The notes: generated by a model from the letters alone, not told the origin. A stretch of 64,000 nucleotides of DNA from Trueperaceae bacterium (GCA_034520945.1 JAXHNB010000005.1:704001-768000), one strand, 5' to 3'. Shown: positions 40,101-50,140, numbered from the stretch's first letter. Made by a program: numbers and translations.

Positions 40101-40601
40101 ATGATCTCGACGCACGCCGTCTCCTTCGATCTGCCGGTCGCACTGAGCAGGACCGAATCGGTCGCGTTCGTGCGCGACGTAGAGCACAGCCTGGCGTACG
40201 CCGACTTCCTGTCCGACCTGCACGTGGGCCCGGGCGGCGTGGTGCGGGCCGAGTTGCCCGTCAACGCCTCGCTGTTCGGGCAGCGCCGCCTCCGCTTCGA
40301 GAGCCGCCTGGAACCCACAGTGCACGGCGCGCGCCTGGTGGGGCTGCCGCTGGACGAGCGGCCCGGCTGGGCCCGCGTGTCGGGCGAGGCCGAGGTGATG
40401 CCGCACCCGGACGGCAGCCTGTTGCGGTATCGCTTCGAGATCGAGATCCATCTGGCCGTCCCGGAACCCGAGCGGTGGGGGGGACGCGCCCTGGTGAAGA
40501 TGATCCGATTGACGGCCGAACAGGTGCTCGCCCGCGTCAGCGCGCGCTTCCCCGGCGCCGTGCAGCGCGCCGCCCGGGCCCGCGAGGCCACCTTCGTCTG
40601 A
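40101..40601 (+). CDS. DUF3809-like protein
   Basis: Coupled to previous gene; WARVSGEA, PERWGGRALVKM. Confidence 0.65.
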   Translation: MISTHAVSFDLPVALSRTESVAFVRDVEHSLAYADFLSDLHVGPGGVVRAELPVNASLFGQRRLRFESRLEPTVHGARLVGLPLDERPGWARVSGEAEVMPHPDGSLLRYRFEIEIHLAVPEPERWGGRALVKMIRLTAEQVLARVSARFPGAVQRAARAREATFV

Positions 40602-40634
40602 CCCGGGCGTGCCTCTCCCGTTCGGCGCAGGGCG

Positions 40635-41981
40635 CTACTTGCCGACGCAGAAGTTCTCGAACACGTGCGCCAGGGTGTCCTCCGCGATCTCGCCGCGCCC
40701 GGTGAGGCCCGCCAACACCTCCAGCGCTTCCTGAAGGTCCAGCGCCATCAGGTCGTCCGGCGCGTCCGCCGCGCGGGCCAGCAGCGCTTCGGTCCGGCGC
40801 AGCGCATCCGCGTGCCGCTCGTTCGAGATCCACAACTCGGTGCCGGCCGCGTCGCCCAGCAGGGCGTCCCGGATACGCCCCCGCAGGACGTCCAGACCGT
40901 CGCCCCGCGTGGCGCTGATCGGGATCGTCCGCGGGTGGGCCTCCTCGGGCGACCAGGCGGCCGGCAGATCGGCCTTGCTGGCGATCACCAGCGTGCGCGC
41001 CTGGCCCAGCCGGTCGAGCAGGGCACGATCGGCCGGCTCCAACGGTTGGGAGAGATCCAGCAGGCACAACACCAGGTCGGCGCTCTCGGCCAACGTCAGG
41101 GCCCGCTGCACCCCCGAGGCCTCGATCTCATCACTGGCGTCGCGCACGCCTGCGGTGTCCACCGCCGTCAGGGGCACCCCCTCCAGCTCCAAGGGGGCTT
41201 CCAGGTAGTCGCGGGTGGTGCCCGGAGACGCCGACACGATGGAGCGTTCGAAGCCCAGCAGGGCGTTCAGCAGGCTGGACTTGCCCACGTTGGGACGCCC
41301 CACCAGTGCCAGCCGCGCGCCCCGCTCCGCCAGGCGGCCCGCCTCGGCGGTGGCCAGCAGTTCGGCGATGCGGCTCCGCACCTGCGCCAGCGCGGGCCTG
41401 GGATCGCGCAGCTCGACCCCCTCCTCCGGGTAGTCCAGCACCGCGGTGAGGTCGCCGTACGCCGCGGTGAGCCGATCCTGCAACGACGTCAGCTCGTCCG
41501 ACAGGCGCCGCGTCAGGCCGGCCGCGGCGGTGCGGCGCGCACGATCGGTCCGGGCGCGCACGACCGCCAGCACGCTCTCGGCCTGCACCAGGTCCATCTT
41601 GCCGTTCAGGTACGCCCGCAGCGTGAACTCGCCCGGGCCCGCCGCGCGCGCGCCGGCCCGCAGGCAGGCGTCCAACACCCGGCGGAGCACCGCGGCGCCC
41701 CCGTGGGTCTGCACCTCCACGGCGTCCTGGCCGGTGTAGCTGTGCGGCGCGCGGAAGGTCAGCAACAACCCCTGGTCGACGGTCTCGCCTTGGTCCTGGA
41801 CCCGGCCGAACGCCACACGGCGGGCGGGCAGGCGGCTGGGCCGTTCGCCCGAGGCGGGCACGAACACCGCGTCGGCCACGGCGTAGGCGTCGGGACCGCT
41901 GACGCGCACCACGCCGATGGCCCCTTCGCCGGGCGCCGTGGCGATGGCCGTGATGGTGTCGCCGGGCGGCGGGAGCGGCAC
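40635..41981 (-). CDS. mnmE: tRNA modification GTPase MnmE
   Basis: DTITAIAT, SYTGQD, GEFTLRAYLNGK, GRPNVGKS, DTAG, C-terminal FCVGK. Confidence 0.96.
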   Translation of the reverse strand: MPLPPPGDTITAIATAPGEGAIGVVRVSGPDAYAVADAVFVPASGERPSRLPARRVAFGRVQDQGETVDQGLLLTFRAPHSYTGQDAVEVQTHGGAAVLRRVLDACLRAGARAAGPGEFTLRAYLNGKMDLVQAESVLAVVRARTDRARRTAAAGLTRRLSDELTSLQDRLTAAYGDLTAVLDYPEEGVELRDPRPALAQVRSRIAELLATAEAGRLAERGARLALVGRPNVGKSSLLNALLGFERSIVSASPGTTRDYLEAPLELEGVPLTAVDTAGVRDASDEIEASGVQRALTLAESADLVLCLLDLSQPLEPADRALLDRLGQARTLVIASKADLPAAWSPEEAHPRTIPISATRGDGLDVLRGRIRDALLGDAAGTELWISNERHADALRRTEALLARAADAPDDLMALDLQEALEVLAGLTGRGEIAEDTLAHVFENFCVGK

Positions 41982-41982
41982 G

Positions 41983-43281
41983 TCAGGCGGCGAGCTCCGC
42001 GAAGGCGTGGGTCGCCGCCTGGACCATGCGGGCCACGTCGCTCTCCTCGTGCGCATAGGACAGGAACGCCGACTCGAACTGGCTGGCCGGCCAGTAGACG
42101 CCGCGCGACAGCATGCCGTGGAACCAGCGGCCGAACGCCTCGGTGTCGCTGGCCTTGGCGGTCACGTCGTCGTGGACGGCCTGGTCCGTGAAGAACGGCG
42201 TGATCATCGAACCGACCCGGTTCACGACCAACGGCACCCCTTCGCCGCGGGCGGCGGCTTCCAGGCCGACCTGCAGCTGCGCGCCGCGCGCCTCGAGGAC
42301 GTCGTACAGGTCCGGCGTGTCGTCGATCACGCGCAGCATCGCCAGCCCGGCCGCCATCGCCAGCGGGTTGCCGGACAGCGTGCCCGCCTGGTACACGGGC
42401 CCGCCGGGCGACAGCTGGTCCATCAGCGCGGCCGACCCGCCGAAGGCGCCTACCGGCAGCCCTCCACCGATGATCTTGCCCCAGCAGATCAGGTCGGGCG
42501 CCAGCCCGTAGCGTTCGGTCGCCCCGCCGCGCGCCACCCGGAAGCCCGTCATCACCTCGTCGGCGATCAGCACGGCGCCGTGCGCCTTGCTCAGGCGCTG
42601 CAGGGCCTCCAGGAACGCCGGCTCGGGCGGCACCACGCCCATGTTGCCCGCCACCGGCTCGAAGATGACGGCGGCGATCTCGTCGCCGTGCGCGTCGAAC
42701 AGCGCCTCCAGGCCGGCCACGTCGCCGTAGCGCACGACGCTGGTCAGGGCCGCGGTGGCGTCCGGCACGCCGGCGCTGGAGGGCACGCCCGTCGTCATCG
42801 CGCCCGAACCGGCCGCGACCAACAGCCCGTCGACGTGCCCGTGGTAGTTGCCGGCGAACTTGACCACCCGGTCGCGTCCGGTCGCCCCCCGAGCCAGCCG
42901 GACGGCGCTCATGGTCGCCTCCGTGCCGCTGTTCACGAAACGGAGCCGCTCCACATTGGGGTGACGGTCGATGACCGCCTCCGCCAGCTCGACCTCGGCG
43001 CGGATGGGTGCGCCGAAGCTGGTGCCCTTGCTCAACGCCTCCTGAACGGCGCGCACCACCGCGGGGTGGGCGTGCCCCAGCAGCAGGGGCCCCCACGAGC
43101 CCACCGCGTCGACGTAGGCGTTGCCGTCCTCGTCCCACACGCGCGGCCCCTCGCCGCGCTCCAGGAACGGCGGGGTGCCGCCCACGCTGCCGAACGCCCG
43201 GACGGGCGAGTTCACCCCGCCCGGGATGCGGGCGCGCGCACGTTCGAAGAGGTCGGCGGATCGTGTACGGTTCATGTCCAT
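41983..43281 (-). CDS. hemL: Glutamate-1-semialdehyde 2,1-aminomutase
   Basis: PGGVNSPVRA, NSGTEA, DEVMTGFR, GKIIGGG, QAGTLSGNP. Confidence 0.96.
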   Translation of the reverse strand: MDMNRTRSADLFERARARIPGGVNSPVRAFGSVGGTPPFLERGEGPRVWDEDGNAYVDAVGSWGPLLLGHAHPAVVRAVQEALSKGTSFGAPIRAEVELAEAVIDRHPNVERLRFVNSGTEATMSAVRLARGATGRDRVVKFAGNYHGHVDGLLVAAGSGAMTTGVPSSAGVPDATAALTSVVRYGDVAGLEALFDAHGDEIAAVIFEPVAGNMGVVPPEPAFLEALQRLSKAHGAVLIADEVMTGFRVARGGATERYGLAPDLICWGKIIGGGLPVGAFGGSAALMDQLSPGGPVYQAGTLSGNPLAMAAGLAMLRVIDDTPDLYDVLEARGAQLQVGLEAAARGEGVPLVVNRVGSMITPFFTDQAVHDDVTAKASDTEAFGRWFHGMLSRGVYWPASQFESAFLSYAHEESDVARMVQAATHAFAELAA

Positions 43282-43379
43282 GGCGGCATGTTCGCATGCC
43301 CGGCCGGCGCGCGGCGTCGCGAATCGCGGCTGCTACCATTCAAGCTCGAGGTCGGACCCAACGGGGCGAGGAGGAGACG

Positions 43380-44240
43380 GTGCCCATCATTTCGGTGCTT
43401 CAGAGCGTGGCGAGCCCCTGGCTCGACGCGGTCGCATTGGCGCTCACCCACGGCGGGTCCGAGCAGGCCTACGTGGCGTTGCTCCTGGTCGCGTACCTGG
43501 CGGTGGACGCCCGGGCCGGCCGGCTGCTGGGCATGTCGGTGCTGATCAGCTACTACCTGAACCAGCAGGCCAAGGCGTGGTTCGACACCGCACGGCCGTT
43601 CGTGGACGATCCTGCCCTGCTGCGCTCCGAAGCGGCCCGTCTGACCGCGCCGGGCGCCGCGTTTCCCAGCGGTCACGTGCAGACCGCCACCACCTTCTGG
43701 GGGCTGGTGGCCGCCCTGGTGCGGCGCCGCTGGGTCACCTGGGCGTGCGCCTCCGTGATCACCGTGATGGCGGCCACGCGCCTGTACCTGGGCCTGCACT
43801 GGCCGATCGACGTGCTGGGCGGCGTGCTGCTGGGCCTGGCCGTGGTGGCGGCGGCGCTGGCGCTGGCGCGGTGGCGGCCGCGGCTCGGCTTGCCCCTGCG
43901 CATGGCGGGCTGGGTGGCGGGGCCCCTGGCCGTGCACCTGGTGTGGCCGACGACGGACAGTGGCTTGATCGCAGGCGCGCTGGCCGGGTTCGCGACGGGG
44001 CCCGAGGTGGTGCGCTACCGGCCCACCGGTTCGGCCTGGCGCCGGGCGGGCATCGCCGCGCTGGGGTTGGCGCTGGTGTTCGCGTGGCTGCTGGGCACCA
44101 GCGTCGCGCTGCCCGAGGCCGCGAAGGACCACGCGTTGGTGGCGCCGCTGCGGTACTTCGTGCTGGCCTGGATGGGCGTGGTGGCGGCCCCGTGGCTGGC
44201 GATGCGCCTGGGCTGGATGCCGCGGCCGCGGCCCGCGTGA
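43380..44240 (+). CDS. PAP2-family phosphatase
   Basis: K-x6-RP, PSGH, RLYLGLHWPIDV; multi-TM; SD GAGGAG. Confidence 0.9.
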   Translation: MPIISVLQSVASPWLDAVALALTHGGSEQAYVALLLVAYLAVDARAGRLLGMSVLISYYLNQQAKAWFDTARPFVDDPALLRSEAARLTAPGAAFPSGHVQTATTFWGLVAALVRRRWVTWACASVITVMAATRLYLGLHWPIDVLGGVLLGLAVVAAALALARWRPRLGLPLRMAGWVAGPLAVHLVWPTTDSGLIAGALAGFATGPEVVRYRPTGSAWRRAGIAALGLALVFAWLLGTSVALPEAAKDHALVAPLRYFVLAWMGVVAAPWLAMRLGWMPRPRPA

Positions 44241-45076
44241 GCGCCGACCTGCCGGCCGCGTTTCGGCGCGTGGCCCTCACCCTGGAGTTCGACGGCACCG
44301 ACTTCCGCGGCTGGCAACGCCAACCCACCGAGGAACGGACCGTTCAGGGCGCGATCGAAGCGGCGTTCGCGGCCCTTCCCGGCCCCCACGGCGCCGTTCA
44401 CGGCGCGGGACGCACCGATGCCGGCGTGCATTCTCTGGCGATGGTCGCGCACTGCGACACCGCCAGCCGCATCTCCGACGAGAAGCTCCGGCTGGCGCTG
44501 AACGCGCACCTGCCGGGGGACGTGGCCGTGCTGGCGGTGCGCACCGTCCCCGCGTCGTTCGAGGCGCAGTTCTCGTGCCGCTACCGCCGCTACCTGTACC
44601 GGATGCGCTTGGCGCGCGACCGGCCGCGCGGGGTGGCGTTGGACCGCGACCGGGTCCTGATGCTGTTGCGGCGCCTGGACGTGGACGCCATGACGCGTGC
44701 CGCCCCGGCGTTCGAGGGCACCCAGGACTTCTCGAGCCTGGCGACGCAGGAGACCCGCAGCCGCGTCCGCACGGTCCACCTGTGCCGCCTTCGCCGGCGC
44801 GGCGACGACCTGTCCCTTCACGTCGCCGCCGACGGGTTCCTCCGCGGGATGGTGCGCGCGATCATTGGCACGCTGATCTGGGTGGGGCAGGGGACGTTGG
44901 CGGCCGACGAGGTGCCGGCCGTCCTGGCCGCCCGGGCGCGCATGCGCGCCGGTCACGCCGCCAAGGCGCACGCCCTGTACTTCGTCGAGGCCGGCTACGA
45001 CGCCTGGGACGAGGCGCGCAGCGACGCGCACGTGGCCGACATCTGGGCCGGTCGCGGTAGCATCGCGGCATGGTGA
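44237..45076 (+). CDS. truA: tRNA pseudouridine(38-40) synthase TruA
   Basis: FDGTDFRGWQ, GRTDAGVH, GFLRGMVR. Confidence 0.95.
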   Translation: MSADLPAAFRRVALTLEFDGTDFRGWQRQPTEERTVQGAIEAAFAALPGPHGAVHGAGRTDAGVHSLAMVAHCDTASRISDEKLRLALNAHLPGDVAVLAVRTVPASFEAQFSCRYRRYLYRMRLARDRPRGVALDRDRVLMLLRRLDVDAMTRAAPAFEGTQDFSSLATQETRSRVRTVHLCRLRRRGDDLSLHVAADGFLRGMVRAIIGTLIWVGQGTLAADEVPAVLAARARMRAGHAAKAHALYFVEAGYDAWDEARSDAHVADIWAGRGSIAAW

Positions 45077-45525
45077 ACGAGCGGACCGTGGTCCAGGCCC
45101 GACCGCTAGATCCTGACGACGCCGAGGCCCTGGCGGCCATCGACCTGCGCGATGCCGCGCGGACGGGTCGGGCCCCGGCCTTGAACCGGGGCGCCCTCGC
45201 GTTCTATGGGCGGAGCGGGCACGCCTTCACCGCCTGGCGTGACGGGACGCCCCAGGGCTTCGCCCTGGCGCAGGCGGTCTGGGACGGGGATCAGGCGACG
45301 GTTCGGTTGGCGACGTTGGCGCTGGCGGACGCCTCCGACCACGAGGTCCGTGCCGCCCTGCTCGAAGCGGTCACCAAGAGCGCCTACGACGCTGCCGTCT
45401 ACGCGTTGGCCGCGGACGTTCCCGACGCCGATCCGGAGGCGCGCGCCCTGTTCGAAGCCGCCGGTTGGCGCCCCCTGGCCGCCCGCCCGTACCGCCGCAC
45501 GCTCGGCTCGCGGGGAACGCCGTGA
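45070..45525 (+). CDS. DUF1999-like / GNAT-fold protein
   Basis: FYGRSGHAF, GFALAQAVWDG, KSAYDAAVY. Confidence 0.65.
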   Translation: MVNERTVVQARPLDPDDAEALAAIDLRDAARTGRAPALNRGALAFYGRSGHAFTAWRDGTPQGFALAQAVWDGDQATVRLATLALADASDHEVRAALLEAVTKSAYDAAVYALAADVPDADPEARALFEAAGWRPLAARPYRRTLGSRGTP

Positions 45526-45743
45526 GCCAGGAGGCGGCCCGCATCCTGCTCGGGGTGCGAGGCATGACGACCGCGGAGTCCCGCACGCGCGTTCACGAGG
45601 CGTTGCGTGGCCTGCCGGGCGTGCACGGGGTCGAGGCGGGGGACACCGAACAGGTGGAGGTGCGCTACGACCCCACCGAAGCGACCGTGATGGACATGAT
45701 CCGAGCGCTCAGACATCTCGGCTTCCTGGCCGGTATGGAATGA
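45522..45743 (+). CDS. HMA/CopZ-fold small protein lacking the CxxC
   Basis: VRGMTTAES..EALRGLPGV..VRYDP..IRALRHLGF; GTGA/ATGA overlaps on both sides. Confidence 0.7.
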   Translation: MSQEAARILLGVRGMTTAESRTRVHEALRGLPGVHGVEAGDTEQVEVRYDPTEATVMDMIRALRHLGFLAGME

Positions 45744-46063
45744 GGCACCAGCCGGCCGGCCAGGGCGAGGCGCCCGTCTGGATCGGCGTCCTCACCATCA
45801 CCGCGGAGACGCCGAGCGCGCGCTCGCGCAAGCACAAGCGCGGCATGATCGCACCCCTGGTCGAGCGCCTCCGAACACGGTTCCCGTTCACGGTCGCGCG
45901 CGTCGGCGGACAAGAGGCGCTGGATCACGAGGTGCTGGTGGCGGTCACCGTCAGCGGCGACCCGGAGGTGTGCCGCGCATTGCTGCAGCGCGCCACCACC
46001 TTCGCGGAGGGGATGGGCCTCACCCTGCGCGACGTCCGCAGCGAGGTGGAGCGGTGGGACTGA
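45740..46063 (+). CDS. DUF503 (YlxP-like) protein
   Basis: IGVLTI..SRKHKR..LVERLRTRF..VA. Confidence 0.7.
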   Translation: MRHQPAGQGEAPVWIGVLTITAETPSARSRKHKRGMIAPLVERLRTRFPFTVARVGGQEALDHEVLVAVTVSGDPEVCRALLQRATTFAEGMGLTLRDVRSEVERWD

Positions 46064-46197
46064 TCGCCACGGGCGGCGCGAAACGGCCTCTGCGCGCGCG
46101 GCGGGTACAATGCCCGGAGGAAACGTCGTTCGCCGGCGCGCGGCCGTGCCGGCGGCGGCCCTGACGCTACGATCCCGCAGCGCCCGAGGAGGCCGCG

Positions 46198-46665
46198 ATG
46201 CGCGACGAGCTGCACGACGAGGTTCACGAGGACGCGCCCCAGAAGGAGGACGTCCCGCGACCCCAGAAGAGCGGCGGACCGGCTCGGTCCCGGCGCAAGC
46301 CCGCCCGCCCGGCCCCCGTCACGTACGGCGACGCGACGCACGTCACCGACGCGGCGCTGGCGACCTTGATCGGCCTGGCGGCGCACGAGGTGCCCGGCGT
46401 GGTGGGCATGGCGCCCGCCAACCTCGGCGAGGGGCTCCGCCGCATCCTCGGCGGCGCGCAGGCCAATGAAGGGGTCGAGATTCATCGCAACGACGACACC
46501 CCCGATCGCGCCGAGGTGGTCCTGCACGTGGTGGTGGCCTACGGTGTCAACATCCCCGTGGTCGCCGAATCGATCTCGGAGCGCGTCCGCTACATCGCGC
46601 GCCACGACGCGGGCGTCACGTTGGACGACGTCCGGGTGCACGTCGCGGGGGTGTCCCGTGACTGA
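46198..46665 (+). CDS. Asp23/Gls24 family protein
   Basis: GLAAHEVPGVVGM, VVAYGVNIP; upstream of DAK2 gene. Confidence 0.88.
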   Translation: MRDELHDEVHEDAPQKEDVPRPQKSGGPARSRRKPARPAPVTYGDATHVTDAALATLIGLAAHEVPGVVGMAPANLGEGLRRILGGAQANEGVEIHRNDDTPDRAEVVLHVVVAYGVNIPVVAESISERVRYIARHDAGVTLDDVRVHVAGVSRD

Positions 46666-48265
46666 GGTCGCGCAGGAAGCGCCGCGCGCCTTGGCCGCCA
46701 AGGCGCTGAGCCGCGCCTTCGTGTTCGCCACCGACTGGCTGGGCGTGCACGTCGACGAGGTCAACGCGCTCAACGTCTACCCGGTGCCCGACGGCGACAC
46801 CGGCACCAACATGCACCTCACCATGCAGTCGGTGCGGCGCCAACTGAACGACGAGAACCCCCGCACCATGGAGGGACTGGCGCACGCCCTGTCGTACGGC
46901 TCGCTTCTGGGGGCGCGCGGCAACTCCGGCGTGATCCTGAGTCAGGTGTTGAAGGGCTTCGCCGAGGTGATCCGCCACGAAAACGAACTGGACGCCGGCG
47001 GCCTGCGCCGCGCCCTGACGCAGGCGACCAGCAGCGCGTACGCGGCGGTGATGAAACCGGTCGAGGGCACCATCCTCAGCGTCTCGCGCGCCGTGTCGGA
47101 ACGGGCCGAGGCGGGCAGTGAGACGACGCCGTTGGAGCTGCTTCGCGCGGCGCACCAGGCCGGACACGACGCGCTGGCGCGCACGCCGGAGCAACTGCCG
47201 CTCCTCAAGCAGGCCAATGTCGTGGATGCAGGGGGACTGGGGCTGCTGCGCGTGATCGAAGGGGTGCTGGCGTACTTCGACGAGCGCGATCTTCCCCCAC
47301 CGCCGAAGGTGGAACGCCGCGCGCAGCTCGGCTTCGACGAGGAGGCGTTCGGGTTCTGCACCGAGTTCCTGTTGCGCGACGCGACCGTCCCCACCAAGCA
47401 GATCCAGAAGCTGGTCGCGCCGTACGGCGATTCGCTTCTGGTGGTGGGGGCCGAAGGGTACGTCAAGGGGCACATCCACACCGAGGAGCCGGAACGGTTG
47501 TTGGCCGAGGTGGGGCGCTACGGCCACATGGTGCGCTCCAAGGTCGAGGACATGAGCGAACAGCACAGCGAGATCCTGGCCAGCGTCGACATGTCGGAGG
47601 CTGAGCCGCCCCGCGTCGCGCTGGTGGCGGTCGCCGACGGGTACGGCGTCACCAAGGCCTTCCGTAGCCTGGGCGCCCGCGTGGTCGGTGGGGGCCAGAC
47701 CAACAACCCCTCCGTGCAGGACATCGCCGATGCCGTGCGCAGCGTAGGCGCGGAGACGGTGATCGTGATGCCGAACAACAAGAACGTCGTGCTGGCCGCC
47801 GAACGCGTCGACGAACTGCTGCCCGACCACGACGTTCACGTCCTGCCCACCCGCACCATGGGCGAGGGGCTGGCGGCGGCGGTGTCGTTCCGCGACGATG
47901 CCGACGACGTAGGCGCCCTCCTGAGTGAAATGCGCGCTGCTGCGGAAAACGCCGTGACGATCGAGGTGACGATCGCCAGCCGCGACGTCACCATCGACGA
48001 CGTCTCGGTCGCCGAGGGACAGTTCATCGGGCTGGTCGACGGCGCCCTCCGTAGAAGCGGCGACGACCCTGCCGAGGTGCTGCGCCACCTGGTCGCGGCC
48101 TGCGCCAGTGAGGCGGAGATCGGCACGCTGTTCCACAGCAGCGCCGTCGGAGAGGACGAGGCGCGGGCCCTGGCCGACGCGTTGATGGCGGACGTCGAAG
48201 AGCTGGAGGTCGAGGTTCACCCCGGCGCGCCGGACCTGTACCCGTTTCTGATGGTGCTGGAGTAG
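46658..48265 (+). CDS. fakA: DAK2-domain protein (fatty acid kinase FakA/YloV)
   Basis: NALNVYPVPDGDTGTNM, GARGNSGVILSQ, VVDAGG, FCTEF, GGQTNNPS. Confidence 0.88.
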   Translation: MTEVAQEAPRALAAKALSRAFVFATDWLGVHVDEVNALNVYPVPDGDTGTNMHLTMQSVRRQLNDENPRTMEGLAHALSYGSLLGARGNSGVILSQVLKGFAEVIRHENELDAGGLRRALTQATSSAYAAVMKPVEGTILSVSRAVSERAEAGSETTPLELLRAAHQAGHDALARTPEQLPLLKQANVVDAGGLGLLRVIEGVLAYFDERDLPPPPKVERRAQLGFDEEAFGFCTEFLLRDATVPTKQIQKLVAPYGDSLLVVGAEGYVKGHIHTEEPERLLAEVGRYGHMVRSKVEDMSEQHSEILASVDMSEAEPPRVALVAVADGYGVTKAFRSLGARVVGGGQTNNPSVQDIADAVRSVGAETVIVMPNNKNVVLAAERVDELLPDHDVHVLPTRTMGEGLAAAVSFRDDADDVGALLSEMRAAAENAVTIEVTIASRDVTIDDVSVAEGQFIGLVDGALRRSGDDPAEVLRHLVAACASEAEIGTLFHSSAVGEDEARALADALMADVEELEVEVHPGAPDLYPFLMVLE

Positions 48266-48382
48266 CCGCCGCCCGCCCGGGGTTCGCGAACGTGAACGTG
48301 AAGGTGCCCTGAAGATGTGGGCCGCGGTCGTTCACGGCGGCCGGCGCCGAAGCGGCTATGATGAAACGCAAGGAGGCTTCAC

Positions 48383-49204
48383 ATGATGAACCTACGTACC
48401 GGACTCGGTCTTGCTCTATTGGCGCTGTTGCTAGGGGCGTGCAATGGGTTGGATGGGGGATTGGTGGACTTCGATATTTCAGCCAGGACGTCGACGGAAC
48501 CTGCGATCGGCGATGAGGCACCGCAACTCACGGAACGCCTGGCTCCGGGCGAAACGGTTGTTCGCAGTGTCGAGGTTTCGTCTCAGGGGGGCGATGCCCT
48601 GTACCTGTATCTCGACGAATCCCTCGAGTTGAGCGTAGAGAACGGCTTCGGTTCATTGCTCGCGTTCAGCGCGAGACCCGATTACTTCACATCGCATAGA
48701 GTCGTCGGTCTCGATGCCGATGCGGCTGCACTGCGACCGGCCGACATCGGTGTCAACCAGACCTGCCCTGGTTCGTGCGTGATCCTGCCCAACCGGGGAG
48801 CCAACCGGTACCTGGAGATTCACAATTCGACGTCGTCGACCGTAACGGTGGGCGTCTACGCCGTACTGCGCGACTTCGAGGACGGCAATGAGTACCAGTC
48901 CCATCCCATCGCGTTGCCCGGTGGCGTAACGCGCGGAGCGATCGAGACATTGGGGGACGTTGACGAGTTCGAGGTCCAGACGAGCGGGACGTTGTTCTTG
49001 GATCCTGGCCAACAAGATTCAGCGATCCCCTACGAAGCACGCATTTCCGATCCAACTGGCGTTAATCCGACACGGACGATCACGGCCGGAGAAAGTGAAC
49101 AGGTTTCGACGTTCGAAATTGTTCGCGTCCAGTCAGGCGGTTCGACCGAACGCGCCGGTGTGTCGGGTGCGAGCAAGTACACGCTAGACCTCCAGACGGA
49201 CTGA
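48383..49204 (+). CDS. Hypothetical lipoprotein, lower GC
   Basis: SD AAGGAGG; lipobox LLGAC; beta-rich; AT-richer codons. Confidence 0.8.
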   Translation: MMNLRTGLGLALLALLLGACNGLDGGLVDFDISARTSTEPAIGDEAPQLTERLAPGETVVRSVEVSSQGGDALYLYLDESLELSVENGFGSLLAFSARPDYFTSHRVVGLDADAAALRPADIGVNQTCPGSCVILPNRGANRYLEIHNSTSSTVTVGVYAVLRDFEDGNEYQSHPIALPGGVTRGAIETLGDVDEFEVQTSGTLFLDPGQQDSAIPYEARISDPTGVNPTRTITAGESEQVSTFEIVRVQSGGSTERAGVSGASKYTLDLQTD

Positions 49205-49216
49205 TTCACGCCGTTC

Positions 49217-50098
49217 GTGGCAACGTTGCGTAGACCGCCAATGCCAGAGCGCGGTCGCGAAGTGCCGGTCAGGACCGCGCGCGCCGCGGTCCTGACCTTC
49301 GCGTTGGCGCTGCTAACCGCCGGTTGGGCGTGCGAGGCGCCGCCCGAGGGCCCGGCGCGCTTCGCGCAGGCGGTGGAGGCCCTCGATCCGGACTTGGCGG
49401 CCTGGTCGGCGTTACGCCTCGGCGACGACGCGCGGGCGGTGCTGACATACCGCGAAGCCCACGCCGTCCCGAACGCGGAGGGGAATCCAGAGCCGCCGCC
49501 GTGGGAGGCGCTGGCGCGGGCGTACGACACGCCCTGGGAGGAAGCGGTCCAGGACGGCGGCGCGGGCCCCAGTGACGCGGCGTTGCGCCGCTGGCAGCGG
49601 GCCGCAGCCGAGCGCGTGCGTCCCTACGCCATCCTCGTCGAGGAGGAGGGGGACGAAGGCCGCCTGGCGTTCCTGGGGGCGTATTGGACCTCGCCCGTGA
49701 TCGATCGCTTGCGGGTGGTGCGCCCGCCGGGCGACGGGTCGGTAGCGACCACGCCGGGCGCCATCCTCGACGCGTTGGAGACCTGTGCCGTGGAGGTCGA
49801 GGAGTGGATCGTGGGGGGTCCTGCGTTGGCGCGGCGCCTGCTCTCGGCCAGCGACGGGCCCACCATGCTGGTGGTCGGGCGGCGTCAGGAGGGGGGGATG
49901 GTTCGGGCCTGGATCGGACCGGACGAGGTGCTGGCGGCGCTCCAATTCGAGCACCCCGCGACGCGCGAGCTGACCTCGTTCAGCGCCTGGTTCTCCGGCT
50001 CGGGGCCCGGGCCGGTGGCGTTGGCGCGGGCGCTGCCCGGGGTTCGGAGCAGCATGGGGCCTCGCGCGCTGCTGCGGCTGGTGCGAGGGATTCGCTGA
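49217..50098 (+). CDS. Hypothetical exported protein (start uncertain)
   Basis: Hydrophobic signal segment AAVLTFALALLTAGWA; fills the gap to convergent pyrF. Confidence 0.55.
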   Translation: MATLRRPPMPERGREVPVRTARAAVLTFALALLTAGWACEAPPEGPARFAQAVEALDPDLAAWSALRLGDDARAVLTYREAHAVPNAEGNPEPPPWEALARAYDTPWEEAVQDGGAGPSDAALRRWQRAAAERVRPYAILVEEEGDEGRLAFLGAYWTSPVIDRLRVVRPPGDGSVATTPGAILDALETCAVEVEEWIVGGPALARRLLSASDGPTMLVVGRRQEGGMVRAWIGPDEVLAALQFEHPATRELTSFSAWFSGSGPGPVALARALPGVRSSMGPRALLRLVRGIR

Positions 50099-50140
50099 GC
50101 AGGACCGGCGGCCGGTGGCGCGGGAAGGGGCCCCGGTTCC

